IMG/VR virus record: IMGVR_UViG_2791355164_000001
Span: 1-64,000 of that record
Reading direction: 5' to 3' (one strand)
Length of the DNA: 64,000 nt
Origin: a virus
Lineage: Duplodnaviria > Caudoviricetes
Shown: in pieces, positions 37,118-47,011 of the stretch
Layout of the letters: every line of letters begins with the position of its first letter
Position numbering within the stretch: position 1 is the stretch's first letter
Notes under the pieces: model-generated
The model's database searches: none
The model's input: the letters and a program-made list of their open reading frames with translations, nothing else
What the model was told of the DNA's origin: nothing
Made by a program: the position numbers and the translations under genes

Positions 37118-37774
37118 TTATAGCGGCATAAGATGAAAAATGTCAGCTATTTTATATGCTTTTTCCATGAGTTGTCTTTCACTTCCATTCAAACCAACGA
37201 AATTTGTTTTACCGCCTGTTTTCCCATCCGCGTGTACCGGCACCAGCCAGGGGAACTCTGCGCGAATGTGTGCCGGCGCGGCAAGCTGGTGATGATAGTC
37301 GCAAAGGGGGATCTGCAGCAGGTGTGCGCCAGGTTTGGTGCGACCGTCAATGTGATGCAGGCTGATTAGCGGTGATTCCTTTCCGTGCTGAAGGCAGGCA
37401 ATGCAGGGCAGTTTGCCTAACGCATCCATAACCACGCGCTCTGCTGCCGTGGGCGTGCGCCCTTTAAGTCCTTTTCCTGACGCGCCGGCGCGCGTTTGCC
37501 GCTTTGCTGCTATCCGTGCAGGCTTTTTCTCTTTCATGCGCTCAAAGGCGCTTACAGTGCGTTTTGCTGCTTTGGCTTTTTGCTCTGCTTTCCACTCCGG
37601 CGAATTCCGGCGCTCTATCTGCTTGGCGAGCATCCTGTTGGCGCTGGCCTGCTGTTTATCATACTGCTGCTGGCGGTACTCCGGATCGGCCTGCTTGGCT
37701 GCTTGTTTTTCGCGCTGGCGCTGCAACATTCTGGCCTGTTTTTCCCGTGCTGCCTGATACTGTGACGCTTCCAT
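37118..37774 (-). CDS. ref: Ref, RecA-dependent HNH nuclease
   Basis: Charged N-terminus; LPCIAC...LHHIDGRT...LPLC..HH...VPVH. Confidence 0.85.
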   Translation of the reverse strand: MEASQYQAAREKQARMLQRQREKQAAKQADPEYRQQQYDKQQASANRMLAKQIERRNSPEWKAEQKAKAAKRTVSAFERMKEKKPARIAAKRQTRAGASGKGLKGRTPTAAERVVMDALGKLPCIACLQHGKESPLISLHHIDGRTKPGAHLLQIPLCDYHHQLAAPAHIRAEFPWLVPVHADGKTGGKTNFVGLNGSERQLMEKAYKIADIFHLMPL

Positions 37775-37785
37775 GTGTGACCTAA

Positions 37786-37803
37786 TCTAAAATTTTCCTT
37801 AGA
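37786..37803 (-). promoter_or_regulatory. Putative C1 operator upstream of ref
   Basis: Reverse complement is TCTAAGGAAAATTTTAGA. Confidence 0.6.
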
Positions 37804-38030
37804 TTTTTGATCACTTAAATGATGTTGTAAAGCGTTATGGAATTATCCAGTGGGAGATTTAAGATTTCTGCGGGCAGGCTACCAGAGTGCTTGTACGTCG
37901 CTTACAGCTGCGATCTGCGGTTCATGTGTTCCACGGGGAATATGGTAAAGAAAACGCTGCAGAACATCGCTGAGGCGGTGATACACGCGATTGGTAGTGA
38001 GATGTGAGAGCGGCATAGGGTGCTGGAGTG

Positions 38031-38275
38031 TGGATAACTGTTTAGCCTCATGAGTTATCCACTTATCCACTGAATAGATCCTAAAAATAGATCATTAGTA
38101 GATCAAAGATAGATCAAAGAAGATCACCGCCGTTATAAGGCAATGATTTTAAATATAAAAACAGCTTTTTGCGTTAGTCTATTCATGGTAAATGTTAGTC
38201 TATTCATGGTAAACGTTAGTCTATTCATGGCAAATGTTAGTCTATTCATGGTAGGTTGTTAGTCTATTCATGGTA
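38031..38275 (+). other. Plasmid origin (oriR-like): DnaA boxes, GATC cluster and five iterons
   Basis: TGGATAA and two TTATCCAC boxes; about five AGATC repeats at 38076-38125; five YGTTAGTCTATTCATGGYA iterons at 21-22 bp spacing (38172-38275). Confidence 0.9.
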
Positions 38276-38317
38276 GCGAACCATATTACTCACATTTCAC
38301 AGTGGCAGAATGATATC

Positions 38318-39199
38318 ATGCAAAAAGATAATGAAATCATAACTATATCTGATGCTCTATGTGTTGAAGGTGGCGATAATGGGGAAAGTTATACTCTTAC
38401 GCCAACGGATAACAAAACAGTTCAGCCTATTGCTCTCATGCGCTTAGGGATTTTCGTTCCTGGTTCCAAAAGGTTGCCTTCGCGTGGGTATGTGTCTGTC
38501 GATGCTACTCAAGAATTGGGCACTTTAGAGCTTGCCAAATCAGAGGGTTATACGGATATTTCTATCCGTGGAAGCCGTCTCGATATGAGCACGGATTTTA
38601 AAACATGGATCGGCGTTATTCGTGCGTTCTCAAAGCATGGCAAAAGTAGCAACCGAATTACCCTGCCTTTCACCGAATTTGCCAAGTTAACCGGCATAGC
38701 TGTTGACGATATAAATCAGCGTTCGAGAGACAGATTCTTTGATTCTCTGGTGCGCCTGTCCTCTTTAGTGGTTTCTTTCAAAAATAAAGACGGAAGTAAG
38801 GTTACGATCACACACCTGCTTCAATACGCTACCTATGACATAAAGAGTGACACCATTAGTTTGGAAGGTGACTCGCGCCTATGGGAGCTTTATAGCTATG
38901 ATCACAAGGTTTTGTTGCAGCTTAAAGCTATTCAGGCATTACCTCGAAAAGAGTCAGCACAAGCGTTATATGTCTACATCGAAAGCATGCCAAACAGTGC
39001 ATTACAGCTGTCGTTACCGAGGCTACGTGAACGTCTCAATCTAAGATCCAGCCTTAGTGCGCAGAACCTTGCAGTACGAAATGCTATGAAAGAGCTGGAG
39101 AAGATTGGGTATTTGACATACAGCGAAGTGAAAAAAAACGGGACGGTATTTTTCCTGATTCACTCACGCAAACCAGGCTTAAGACCTCAATTGAATTGA
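38318..39199 (+). CDS. repA: Replication initiator RepA (P1/RepFIB family)
   Basis: TVQPIALMRLGIFVP, RLDMSTDFKTWIG, LPRKESAQALY motifs; flanked by iterons. Confidence 0.92.
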   Translation: MQKDNEIITISDALCVEGGDNGESYTLTPTDNKTVQPIALMRLGIFVPGSKRLPSRGYVSVDATQELGTLELAKSEGYTDISIRGSRLDMSTDFKTWIGVIRAFSKHGKSSNRITLPFTEFAKLTGIAVDDINQRSRDRFFDSLVRLSSLVVSFKNKDGSKVTITHLLQYATYDIKSDTISLEGDSRLWELYSYDHKVLLQLKAIQALPRKESAQALYVYIESMPNSALQLSLPRLRERLNLRSSLSAQNLAVRNAMKELEKIGYLTYSEVKKNGTVFFLIHSRKPGLRPQLN

Positions 39200-39200
39200 G

Positions 39201-40106
39201 TGTTAGTCTGTTCATGGCAACTGCGGTGTAGCTCACTGCAACGTTAGTCTATTCATGGTAATGAGTGTTATTTACTCACAATGTATAAACAACCGGCGGT
39301 TTAGACTAACGCCACCATGAATAGACTAATAGCTGGTTCAAAAATAGCCGCTTTACCATGCACAGACTAACAAATTTACCACTTCTAAGCCCTGAGCCTT
39401 CCAGTGGTACCGGTAGTAATCACGAAAACATTAGTCTATTCATGGTAAAAGCTGGCTAACACATACATATCGTTAGTCTATTCATGGAGAAATCGGCACT
39501 AATTCCTGAAATTGAGTGCTTTGTATACTGATTGTCATGGTTTGCCATGAACAGACTAACAGTTGCCATGAACAGACTAACGCTGCCATGAATAGACTAA
39601 CGATGTTTGCAAGCATGGTAGCCACCAGCTATCTGACGGAAAATGTATATAAACATGCCGAGCGTGTTTGCAAACATGATGGACGCTGATCATGCACGGT
39701 ACATCGCCCCGGTGTAGGTCGGCTTTCACTCACGCCAGCATGTTTATAAACACTTTTCAGCCTGGCACTCGATCCCATCATGTTTATAAACACTGTTAGT
39801 CTATTCATGGCAACGGCTGACGCCTGCCATGAAACCAGCAACACGGCAGCGATTGGCCGTTTAGGTGTGAGGGCAATTTCTACACTTCCCACAATCGGCC
39901 CTGCCGCTGGTGGCTGTCATGTTTGCAAACATCGTTAGTCTATTCATGGTGAAGGTTGCTGGTTTCGTGGTAGAGGGGCGCGCAGCCACCAAATATGTTC
40001 GCAATATGTACAGGTTGAGCCTGTTTACCATGAATAGACGAACATTTGCCTGCTAACTGAGTGGGCTACCATGAATAGACTAACGTTTGCCATGAAACCA
40101 GCAACA
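39201..40106. repeat. Downstream incA-like iteron field (about 13 copies, both orientations)
   Basis: GTTAGTCT(A/G)TTCATGG and its reverse complement, irregularly spaced. Confidence 0.9.
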
Positions 40107-40196
40107 TGAGGGCAAATCTTACATTGCTGGCAAAAATGGCATCCCACCAGCGCACATAAGCCACAAACAAAAAAGCCGCCCGAAGGCGGCTTACTA

Positions 40197-40319
40197 TCAC
40201 TTACTGTGGATCACTGTCACCGGAGCATTGATGGTGGTATTGATGCTCATACCCTCACCGCCGCTATAGGTGTTCAGTAATGCCATCAGCAGTGACACAA
40301 CAAGTGCGTTGCGTCCCAT
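40197..40319 (-). CDS. Putative 40-aa peptide
   Basis: MGRNALVVSLLMALL...; SD TAAGG; triple stop TGA TAG TAA followed by a terminator. Confidence 0.45.
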   Translation of the reverse strand: MGRNALVVSLLMALLNTYSGGEGMSINTTINAPVTVIHSK

Positions 40320-41134
40320 GCTTGTAGCCTTACGATTCGACCAGTGGCTTTCGGCTCGCCGCGCAAGAGAATTGAATGCTTCTGCTTGTGCTTGGTCTGG
40401 TTGATAGGACAGCATGATGCCGAAAAGTCTGAGTAACTATCCTGCTGTTTATGTTGGTGTTGATATTGCCACACAACGGGGCCAATAGATTGCCTTTTAC
40501 GAATGCCAGCTAATTTTTTTAAAAAAATCTGATTTTCAAAAAACAGCAAAACTCCAAAAGTCACTTTTTCGCAAAAGTGCGCGAAAAATTTTCAGCGTTT
40601 ACACGTTGCAACCATAATACTAAACCGTATACTGGCCATGAATGCTTCTGCTTGTGTTTGCTGTTTCAAGCAAATCTGCAGTGGTGAAAATCGCCTGAGA
40701 ACGGTTTTCGCCTTTCTGGAAAAATGCCTGAGAACAGTTTTCTGGATTCATCAAAACCGCCTACGGGCGGTTTTTTTGTGGCTATTTATAAGCAAGACGT
40801 CACCAGCGAGATAAGCATTACACATACTAAGTATCAAATGAAAGATCTTGCGCGTCTTATTCGTTTACGCTTTAGCATACTATATTTTTTTATGTATATT
40901 AATCATTAACTTAAGTTGCTTTCTTGTAAGTCTTAATTTTGCAACATTATCCATAGGGCTTGTCTTTGTTCTGGTTCCGTTCCTACTCTTTCCATAACTC
41001 CTGTCTATCCCGATGCTCCAGCCCTTAATGCTCACAAGGATACTGAGTATTGCTACACCTTTCATACACTCATTCAGCGCTGCCAGGTTATGCCACCAAT
41101 AAAAAAGCCGCTATGTGCGGCTTTTTGTATGGGT

Positions 41135-41356
41135 TCAGGAAATTGTTTTCAGAAGAGGGTAAAGCATTTCGTTAGATTTTAGTTTGTTCCCTCTGTCGTC
41201 ATATGACACCCACTGCTTTTTCTCAAATGCGATGTGATAATCACCGCGATCTATGCGTAATGGCTGCTCTTTCACGCGTGAATCCCGGAATCCTTTTGCT
41301 CTCCAGTACCCGCGCCATTTATCCAGTTCAATCTTCTTTAAACCCAAATTAATCAT
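41135..41356 (-). CDS. Hypothetical 73-aa protein divergent from umuD
   Basis: ORF followed by a terminator at about 41101-41126. Confidence 0.45.
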   Translation of the reverse strand: MINLGLKKIELDKWRGYWRAKGFRDSRVKEQPLRIDRGDYHIAFEKKQWVSYDDRGNKLKSNEMLYPLLKTIS

Positions 41357-41437
41357 AAGGTAATTCTTAATTTTTTAGACTTTGTTTAATTCTACCTGAA
41401 ATCGCCCACTGGTCAATTCCGTGTGCGTAATCTTATA

Positions 41438-41453
41438 CTGTATTTTTATACAG
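41438..41453. promoter_or_regulatory. LexA (SOS) box
   Basis: CTGTATTTTTATACAG directly upstream of umuD. Confidence 0.9.
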
Positions 41454-41469
41454 GCAAAAGGAGGTGGAT

Positions 41470-41913
41470 ATGATGCGATTAGAACTGATAGCCAAACCGG
41501 CACACACCGCGCCACGACAGGCGTATTTACAGTTTCTGGAGAAGGTGGCAGCAGGTTTTCCGTCGCCGGCAATAGGCTACGAAGATACGCCGCTAGATCT
41601 GAATGAGTACTGCGTGCGGGCTAAAACGGCGACCTATTTTGTCCGCTGCCAGGGTGAGTCGATGATTGATGCCGGTATTTTTGACGGCGATCTGCTGGTG
41701 GTGGACAAGTCGCGCACGGCAGCAGACGGACAGATTGTGATTGCCTCAGTGGACGGAGAATTTACGGTAAAAAAGCTGCAGCTGAAGCCGGAGCCGATGC
41801 TGCTGGCGATGAACCCGCGCTATAAGCCGATCCCGGTTGAGCCGGAGTCACTGGAAATATGGGGCGTGGTCACTTACGTGATCCACAGTACTGACAATGT
41901 TTCTTCACAGTGA
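41470..41913 (+). CDS. umuD: UmuD-like S24 peptidase
   Basis: AAGFPSPA, GESM and FTVKKL motifs. Confidence 0.93.
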   Translation: MMRLELIAKPAHTAPRQAYLQFLEKVAAGFPSPAIGYEDTPLDLNEYCVRAKTATYFVRCQGESMIDAGIFDGDLLVVDKSRTAADGQIVIASVDGEFTVKKLQLKPEPMLLAMNPRYKPIPVEPESLEIWGVVTYVIHSTDNVSSQ

Positions 41914-43162
41914 CGTTAACGCGTTCTACGTGTCCGCCGAGCTGGCATTCAGACCGGACCTGTACGGGCGCCCGGTGGTTGTGGCGACGAACAATGACGG
42001 GTGCATAGCCGCGCTGAACAAAGAGGCAAAAAACGCCGGACTGAAGCGGGGTGATCCGCTGTTTAAAATCCGCGACACAATCCGGCGCTATGGCGTGGTG
42101 GTATTCAGTAGCAACTACACGCTGTACGACGCATTCAGTAAGCGCTTCCATTCCATTGTGGGTGAGCATGTTCCTAACCTGGAAGCATACTCAATCGACG
42201 AGGTATTTGGCTCTCTGGATGGCATGTCAAAGCTGGTGGACTATCAGGCGTTTGGAGAGGAGATCCGCCGGACCGTCACCCAGCACACCACGATGAAGTG
42301 TGGCGTGGGGATAGCGGAAACCAAGACGCTCTGTAAGGTTGCCACGCACGCAGCAAAGACCTGGCCGAAAACAGGCGGCGTGGTAGTGCTGACCGACCCG
42401 GCGCGGCGTGACAAGCTGCTGTCGCTGCTGGACGTGTCCGAAACGTGGGGAGTAGGGAGCCGGATAGCCGCCAGGCTGCGCATGATGAACATCAAGACGA
42501 TGCTCGACCTTGCCCGCGCTGACACAACCACGATCCGCAAAACGTTTAATGTGATGCTGGAGCGCACGGTAAGAGAGCTGCGCGGCGAACGCTGCTTTGA
42601 GCTCGAGGAGAACCCGCCCACGAAACAGCAAATCGTGGTGAGCCGGTCCTTTGGCAAGCGCCTAACCAGCCTGGACGAAGTGAGCAACGCTGTTTGTTTC
42701 TTTGCCACCAGCGCCGGCGAAAAGCTGCGGCGTGAAAAGCAGTACTGCCGGAATATCACGGTATTCATCCAGACCAGTAAACACGATCCGAACTACCCGT
42801 ATTACTCGCGCGGCGCCAGCCATTCGTTTACCACGGCCACACAGGACACACGCGATCTGATTGATGCCGCCGTTCGCGGCCTGCGGGCTATCTGGCGCGA
42901 TGGCTACCAGTATGCAAAGGCAGGCGTGATGCTGGGAGAGTTCTGCGGCTCTGAGCAGCAGCTTAACCTGTTTGATGAAGCGCCGCCGCGCCCTGGCAGC
43001 GATAAGCTGATGGCTGTTATGGACAAACTGAACAGCTACCAGCGTGGCACGCTTTTTCTGGCAGGTCAGGGCGTGAATCCGGCCTACCAGATGAAGCGGG
43101 AAATGCTCTCACCGCGCTATCTCACGCGATGGGAAGAGTTACCGGTAGTAAAAATAAAATAG
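41897..43162 (+). CDS. umuC: UmuC-like Y-family polymerase
   Basis: DVNAFYVS, SSNY, YSIDE, SRSFG and LSPRY motifs. Confidence 0.95.
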   Translation: MFLHSDVNAFYVSAELAFRPDLYGRPVVVATNNDGCIAALNKEAKNAGLKRGDPLFKIRDTIRRYGVVVFSSNYTLYDAFSKRFHSIVGEHVPNLEAYSIDEVFGSLDGMSKLVDYQAFGEEIRRTVTQHTTMKCGVGIAETKTLCKVATHAAKTWPKTGGVVVLTDPARRDKLLSLLDVSETWGVGSRIAARLRMMNIKTMLDLARADTTTIRKTFNVMLERTVRELRGERCFELEENPPTKQQIVVSRSFGKRLTSLDEVSNAVCFFATSAGEKLRREKQYCRNITVFIQTSKHDPNYPYYSRGASHSFTTATQDTRDLIDAAVRGLRAIWRDGYQYAKAGVMLGEFCGSEQQLNLFDEAPPRPGSDKLMAVMDKLNSYQRGTLFLAGQGVNPAYQMKREMLSPRYLTRWEELPVVKIK

Positions 43163-43349
43163 GGTGATTTAAACCCTGGAATTACAATAATTTAGGTTAA
43201 AAATAATCAGCCACTATGTTACCCCGTATTTATTCATTGCAGCAGCCGATCAAATGTTGATCACCCTTTAGGATGTGCATACAATCAGAAAAAACTGAAA
43301 GTGCATATTTTATTAGCGCACTCAATTAACAACCGGGATTTATAGGGAT

Positions 43350-43487
43350 ATGGCTGATATTTTATACATGGCAATGATGCTTTTCTTCGCTGTTTTTTCG
43401 CTTGTCGGTTTGTTTATTTCGCTCCGTTTGCCTGCAATGTTGCGTGCTTTTGATGCTGAAATGATCAAAAGCAAGCTTTCTCACTGA
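43350..43487 (+). CDS. Unlisted 45-aa single-TM protein
   Basis: MADILYMAMMLFFAVFSLVGLFISLRLP...; SD AGGGA; hairpin downstream. Confidence 0.5.
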   Translation: MADILYMAMMLFFAVFSLVGLFISLRLPAMLRAFDAEMIKSKLSH

Positions 43488-43571
43488 CTCCATCCTGCGA
43501 AACTCACCAGCCAGCCGCCATCATGCGGCGCTGGTGGGACTTGTGCAAAGCACCCCATTGGTTAATGAAAA

Positions 43572-43589
43572 ATTTAAACTTTCCTTAGA
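43572..43589 (-). promoter_or_regulatory. Putative C1 operator
   Basis: Reverse complement is TCTAAGGAAAGTTTAAAT; lies ahead of a cluster of small ORFs. Confidence 0.5.
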
Positions 43590-43633
43590 ATATTATATCA
43601 TTTAGTCCGAAATTAACCATTGGACTAAATGAT

Positions 43634-43819
43634 ATGACCAGTGCCACTAAACCCCCTGTTTTGTCACAGCCGGCGCTTATCGGCGCGATCCTGTCCGAAA
43701 TTGGCAATCAGCAACCGGGTGCCACCATCAGCGCCGCACAGTTCAAAGCGATCGCTAAAGCCGCTAACAAAGTTATTGACGCTTTCAAACCTCAAGTGAA
43801 CGAACAGGCTGATGAATAA
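43634..43819 (+). CDS. Hypothetical protein
   Basis: 61 aa ORF. Confidence 0.5.
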   Translation: MTSATKPPVLSQPALIGAILSEIGNQQPGATISAAQFKAIAKAANKVIDAFKPQVNEQADE

Positions 43820-43865
43820 TGATCATAGCGCTGGTGTCCGATTTAAGCGCATGGAGGGTATGTAG

Positions 43866-44132
43866 ATGCCGGTAAGCAGAGCACAGCTATTTACTCTGCG
43901 CAGAATGCGCAACGGAACCCGCTACATGATGCGGGGCGACAAGGGCTATGGCATTGAAGTTCGCTATGACGTTGCGACCGGGAACCGTGATGATGTTAAT
44001 TGCCGCAGTCTCGCACCGCTGATGCGCAGCGGGCTTATCCGCTTCAAGACCAAACCCACAGACATGACACGCTACTACGAAGTGGAGCTAACTCCACAGG
44101 GTATTACAGCAGCGAAAGGGAATATTCAATGA
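43866..44132 (+). CDS. Hypothetical protein (winged-helix-like)
   Basis: 88 aa, SD GGAGG; ends with ELTPQG. Confidence 0.55.
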   Translation: MPVSRAQLFTLRRMRNGTRYMMRGDKGYGIEVRYDVATGNRDDVNCRSLAPLMRSGLIRFKTKPTDMTRYYEVELTPQGITAAKGNIQ

Positions 44133-44455
44133 GCCAGGGAGTAAAACATTATCCGATGCCGGTTGTGCCGGCTGAGCTGGTGGAGCCGCTGATCCGCTTT
44201 CTGTCCGACCGTGAGGAGCGTATTGAGTTTCCACCTCATATGTTTTCAATGCTTAAAACTCTGGGGGAGGAGATCGCGCTGGCCGCACTGACTGCAAAGC
44301 CACTGGCAGCTACTGAAAAACATGAAATAAGCAACATGCATGCGACAGGGCTTTACCTTAGAGCATGGCCTCTATGCAGACGCCTCAACCAGCAGGAGGG
44401 CTATAACGTAAACCTGTATACCGCTCCACCAGCGCTAGTGAGTAACGGGCAATGA
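44129..44455 (+). CDS. Hypothetical protein
   Basis: ATGA-coupled to the previous ORF. Confidence 0.55.
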   Translation: MSQGVKHYPMPVVPAELVEPLIRFLSDREERIEFPPHMFSMLKTLGEEIALAALTAKPLAATEKHEISNMHATGLYLRAWPLCRRLNQQEGYNVNLYTAPPALVSNGQ

Positions 44456-44550
44456 ACCTGCGTAAATTCTTCCGCCTGAAAGCGCCCTGCGCGAATTGCC
44501 CGTTTTAAAAAGCCGGTGGTATAGAGCTGAATCATGGGCGTAAAATGAAG
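44452..44550 (+). pseudogene. Truncated ORF at the edge of the colicin cassette
   Basis: ATGA-coupled MNLRKFFRLKAPCANCPF*KAGGIEL..., interrupted by a stop and then by AT-rich DNA. Confidence 0.45.
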
Positions 44551-44638
44551 ATGAACCATTTACACGCATGTGCTACATAGTCTGCAGGTGTTTGTTGTAA
44601 ATGGTATTTAATGGAAAAAATAAAGCTGAGAAAAAGGA

Positions 44639-45175
44639 GTGTTGATGGAAAGTTTTAAAGACATGCATTCTTCTAAAGGTGAAGAGAAAAAGATTATCCT
44701 TTCTTTGATTCTGGCACTGATGCCGCTCATGGTTTTTTTACTGTGCCAGCTGCTTAATAATGACTCACTATTATTGCATTTTATCTATGACAAAACAGCA
44801 AACTTACCGGCTGTCATTTCTTCAAAAAGCATCCTGCTAAGTAAGTCGATGGATGTTTATTGTAAAACTGCGCCATTTTTGGCGGTGATTGTATTTGTTT
44901 TATTTTTAAATCCAAGAAGTTTGATTCGCAAGGTAGATCCAAAGCAACTGGTGAAAGGATTTATTTCCTGCTGTATTCTCCTGTCTTGTGCATTTTACTT
45001 TTTTATGTTCTCCAGTTTTGATTTGTATCAGTCAAAAAGGTTTTTAAGGCTTTTTTCTTACAATGATTATTCACTGACCATTTTTTATGTCAGCCTGTAT
45101 GCGATTTTCTATATGTTTACACTGGCTCTTTTGTTCTTTGTAGTAAGGATTGCTGAAATGATAAAGGAGAGGTAA
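44639..45175 (+). CDS. Colicin A-type immunity protein
   Basis: 178 aa with about 4 TM segments, YCKTAP motif; convergent with the pore-forming toxin. Confidence 0.85.
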   Translation: MLMESFKDMHSSKGEEKKIILSLILALMPLMVFLLCQLLNNDSLLLHFIYDKTANLPAVISSKSILLSKSMDVYCKTAPFLAVIVFVLFLNPRSLIRKVDPKQLVKGFISCCILLSCAFYFFMFSSFDLYQSKRFLRLFSYNDYSLTIFYVSLYAIFYMFTLALLFFVVRIAEMIKER

Positions 45176-45190
45176 ATATCACCTCTCCTT
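45162..45190. terminator. Bidirectional terminator between immunity and toxin genes
   Basis: AAAGGAGAGGT...ACCTCTCCTTT. Confidence 0.75.
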
Positions 45191-45200
45191 TTATTTTTAC

Positions 45201-46550
45201 TTATTGCGCCCGAGAGATAAGGTAGCTGTTGAAAGCAGCAGTTGCCTTATCGTCAATAAGTGAACTCAGGTAGGCAATCAGCATTAGACCGGCAACTGTC
45301 AGTACAGTTGCCGTCACAGGAAGAGAAAGGGTAAAAGTGGCAACGATGGCCGAAAATAAACTTAGCGCAACACTGCCAGCTATACCGGCCAGCACCCAGG
45401 ATTCCACTTCAAGCATTAATGGTCCCCAGTTGCCGGTTCGATAACCCTCCATGCTCTTTTCAGCCACTTTCTGCACTTTTTGAGCCAAGTCGCCAACCTT
45501 GAATGCTTTTGCAAGACGACCCATTTTTTTTGCCATATCTGCAGCGTTGACATGCTGCCAAGCATTCGCCAGAACCTGCGTATCTGCTGCATTAAATCGC
45601 ATTGCCGGGTTAGCTCTGAGCTGATTAAGTGCATTCATAGCCTGAGCATATCCGCGTATGTTCTTGCCCTGAAAATTACGCACATTGGAGGCAATGCTAG
45701 CCGCTACCTGTTTGTACTTATCTCCGGCATAACTACTCACCTTTTCACCAACATCAGTGATAAGACCTGCAGCGCTGTTGATCGCTTCAGTGGTTTGTGC
45801 GGCTTTGTTTTGTGTAATTGCTTTATCCAGATCTGCCAAAACCTCACCGCGCACTTTGTTCAGTTTGTACCTGACTGGATTGTTTACCTGTACAGTATGG
45901 CTGTTGCCGTTCCTGCCGCCGCTATCACGAGTCTCTGTAACTTTTTCTGGCTGAACGTTGTATGCAGTCTGCCATGCCTCGGCAATTTGCGTGCGTGCAG
46001 CAGGCTGCTCACTGAAAGCCAAAGCATCAAAAGAGGCACGGAGTTGTTTGTAAGAATTAATTTGAGTTGAGGGGGTAACCTTTTGGTTAGGCATTTCGTA
46101 ATCAGGCACATTTTTGAGAGTGTCTGCAATGGCTGTATTGATCAATGCTTCATCTAATCGGCCTTTACTGGACCAGCTTCCACCTGCCAGATAATTTTCA
46201 ACAACCGTCTGCGCTAATGGTTTACCTCCTGCCGCTTGGTTAGGAGCAGGGGTACGACGGGCAAGTTCATTTAGGACGCGCGTATAATGAAAGCCGTCGC
46301 CTGGAACTTTAACCATTGAAGAGTTTGTTGCGGTCATTCTTATGCCATTCATCATGGCATAACCATCAGTGATAGTGATACGGCCCCACGGGGTCATATA
46401 GGATGTGCCGGCTTTAACTGATGTTATTTTATCTCCAATACTGACACCGCCGTTTACACCGTCACCAGCATTGCTGTGCGTTTCTCCGTGGCCGGGTAAC
46501 GGGCCGCGCTCAGAACTCCATGGTGTACCATCACCGTATTTGTTGCTCAT
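45201..46550 (-). CDS. Pore-forming colicin A-like bacteriocin
   Basis: N-terminal DGTPWSSERG (TolB-box-like) and SYMTPWG...NSSMV...TRVLN; C-terminal channel domain GNWGPLMLEVESWVL plus hydrophobic hairpin. Confidence 0.92.
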   Translation of the reverse strand: MSNKYGDGTPWSSERGPLPGHGETHSNAGDGVNGGVSIGDKITSVKAGTSYMTPWGRITITDGYAMMNGIRMTATNSSMVKVPGDGFHYTRVLNELARRTPAPNQAAGGKPLAQTVVENYLAGGSWSSKGRLDEALINTAIADTLKNVPDYEMPNQKVTPSTQINSYKQLRASFDALAFSEQPAARTQIAEAWQTAYNVQPEKVTETRDSGGRNGNSHTVQVNNPVRYKLNKVRGEVLADLDKAITQNKAAQTTEAINSAAGLITDVGEKVSSYAGDKYKQVAASIASNVRNFQGKNIRGYAQAMNALNQLRANPAMRFNAADTQVLANAWQHVNAADMAKKMGRLAKAFKVGDLAQKVQKVAEKSMEGYRTGNWGPLMLEVESWVLAGIAGSVALSLFSAIVATFTLSLPVTATVLTVAGLMLIAYLSSLIDDKATAAFNSYLISRAQ

Positions 46551-47011
46551 TAAAACCCCTTTCTAAAATAAATTAAAAAATCCTAACGAGTGCAAATTTA
46601 TATTATCACTCCGTTTTAATTAAGTACAAATGGTTAAACGGACTTTTACCACTATTCTTAATAATTCGATGATTTATAAAATTTATCTTCTATACCAGTT
46701 TCCACTGGTTATTAAATTTTATTGGATGCTAATGTTCCTATATGAGCTTTTTTGTATTGTTGGTGTGTTTTTTGGTTGTTATTGGAAATAACGGTTAACT
46801 TATTTTTATATTGCTATATAACCAACGGTTGTGGCTGGTTAGGCAAAGAGTTGCCTGCCTTTGATTTTTAGCTGGCAAAGATCACTACAAGCATTGCTAA
46901 GCAGCGGCTGCTGTCAGGCCAGCCGCACGGGTTTTCATGCGAGCGCGATGTTCAATGGGGGGAAGCCTGTTCTTATTTTTTTAGGGTTGCAATGCTATTT
47001 GGTTCTGATGA

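Noticed and set aside
38270-38317. Listed upstream start of repA
   Set aside because: That ATG lies within the fifth iteron; ATG 38318 is more plausible.
38172-40106. Repeat arrays as a CRISPR-like array
   Set aside because: Spacing is 2-3 bp upstream and irregular downstream, orientations are mixed, the repeats flank repA, and no cas genes are present. They are iterons.
46551-46860. LexA or Fur box upstream of the colicin gene
   Set aside because: No CTG-N10-CAG. The Fur-like match near 46669-46687 is about 11/19 in very AT-rich DNA, too weak to call.
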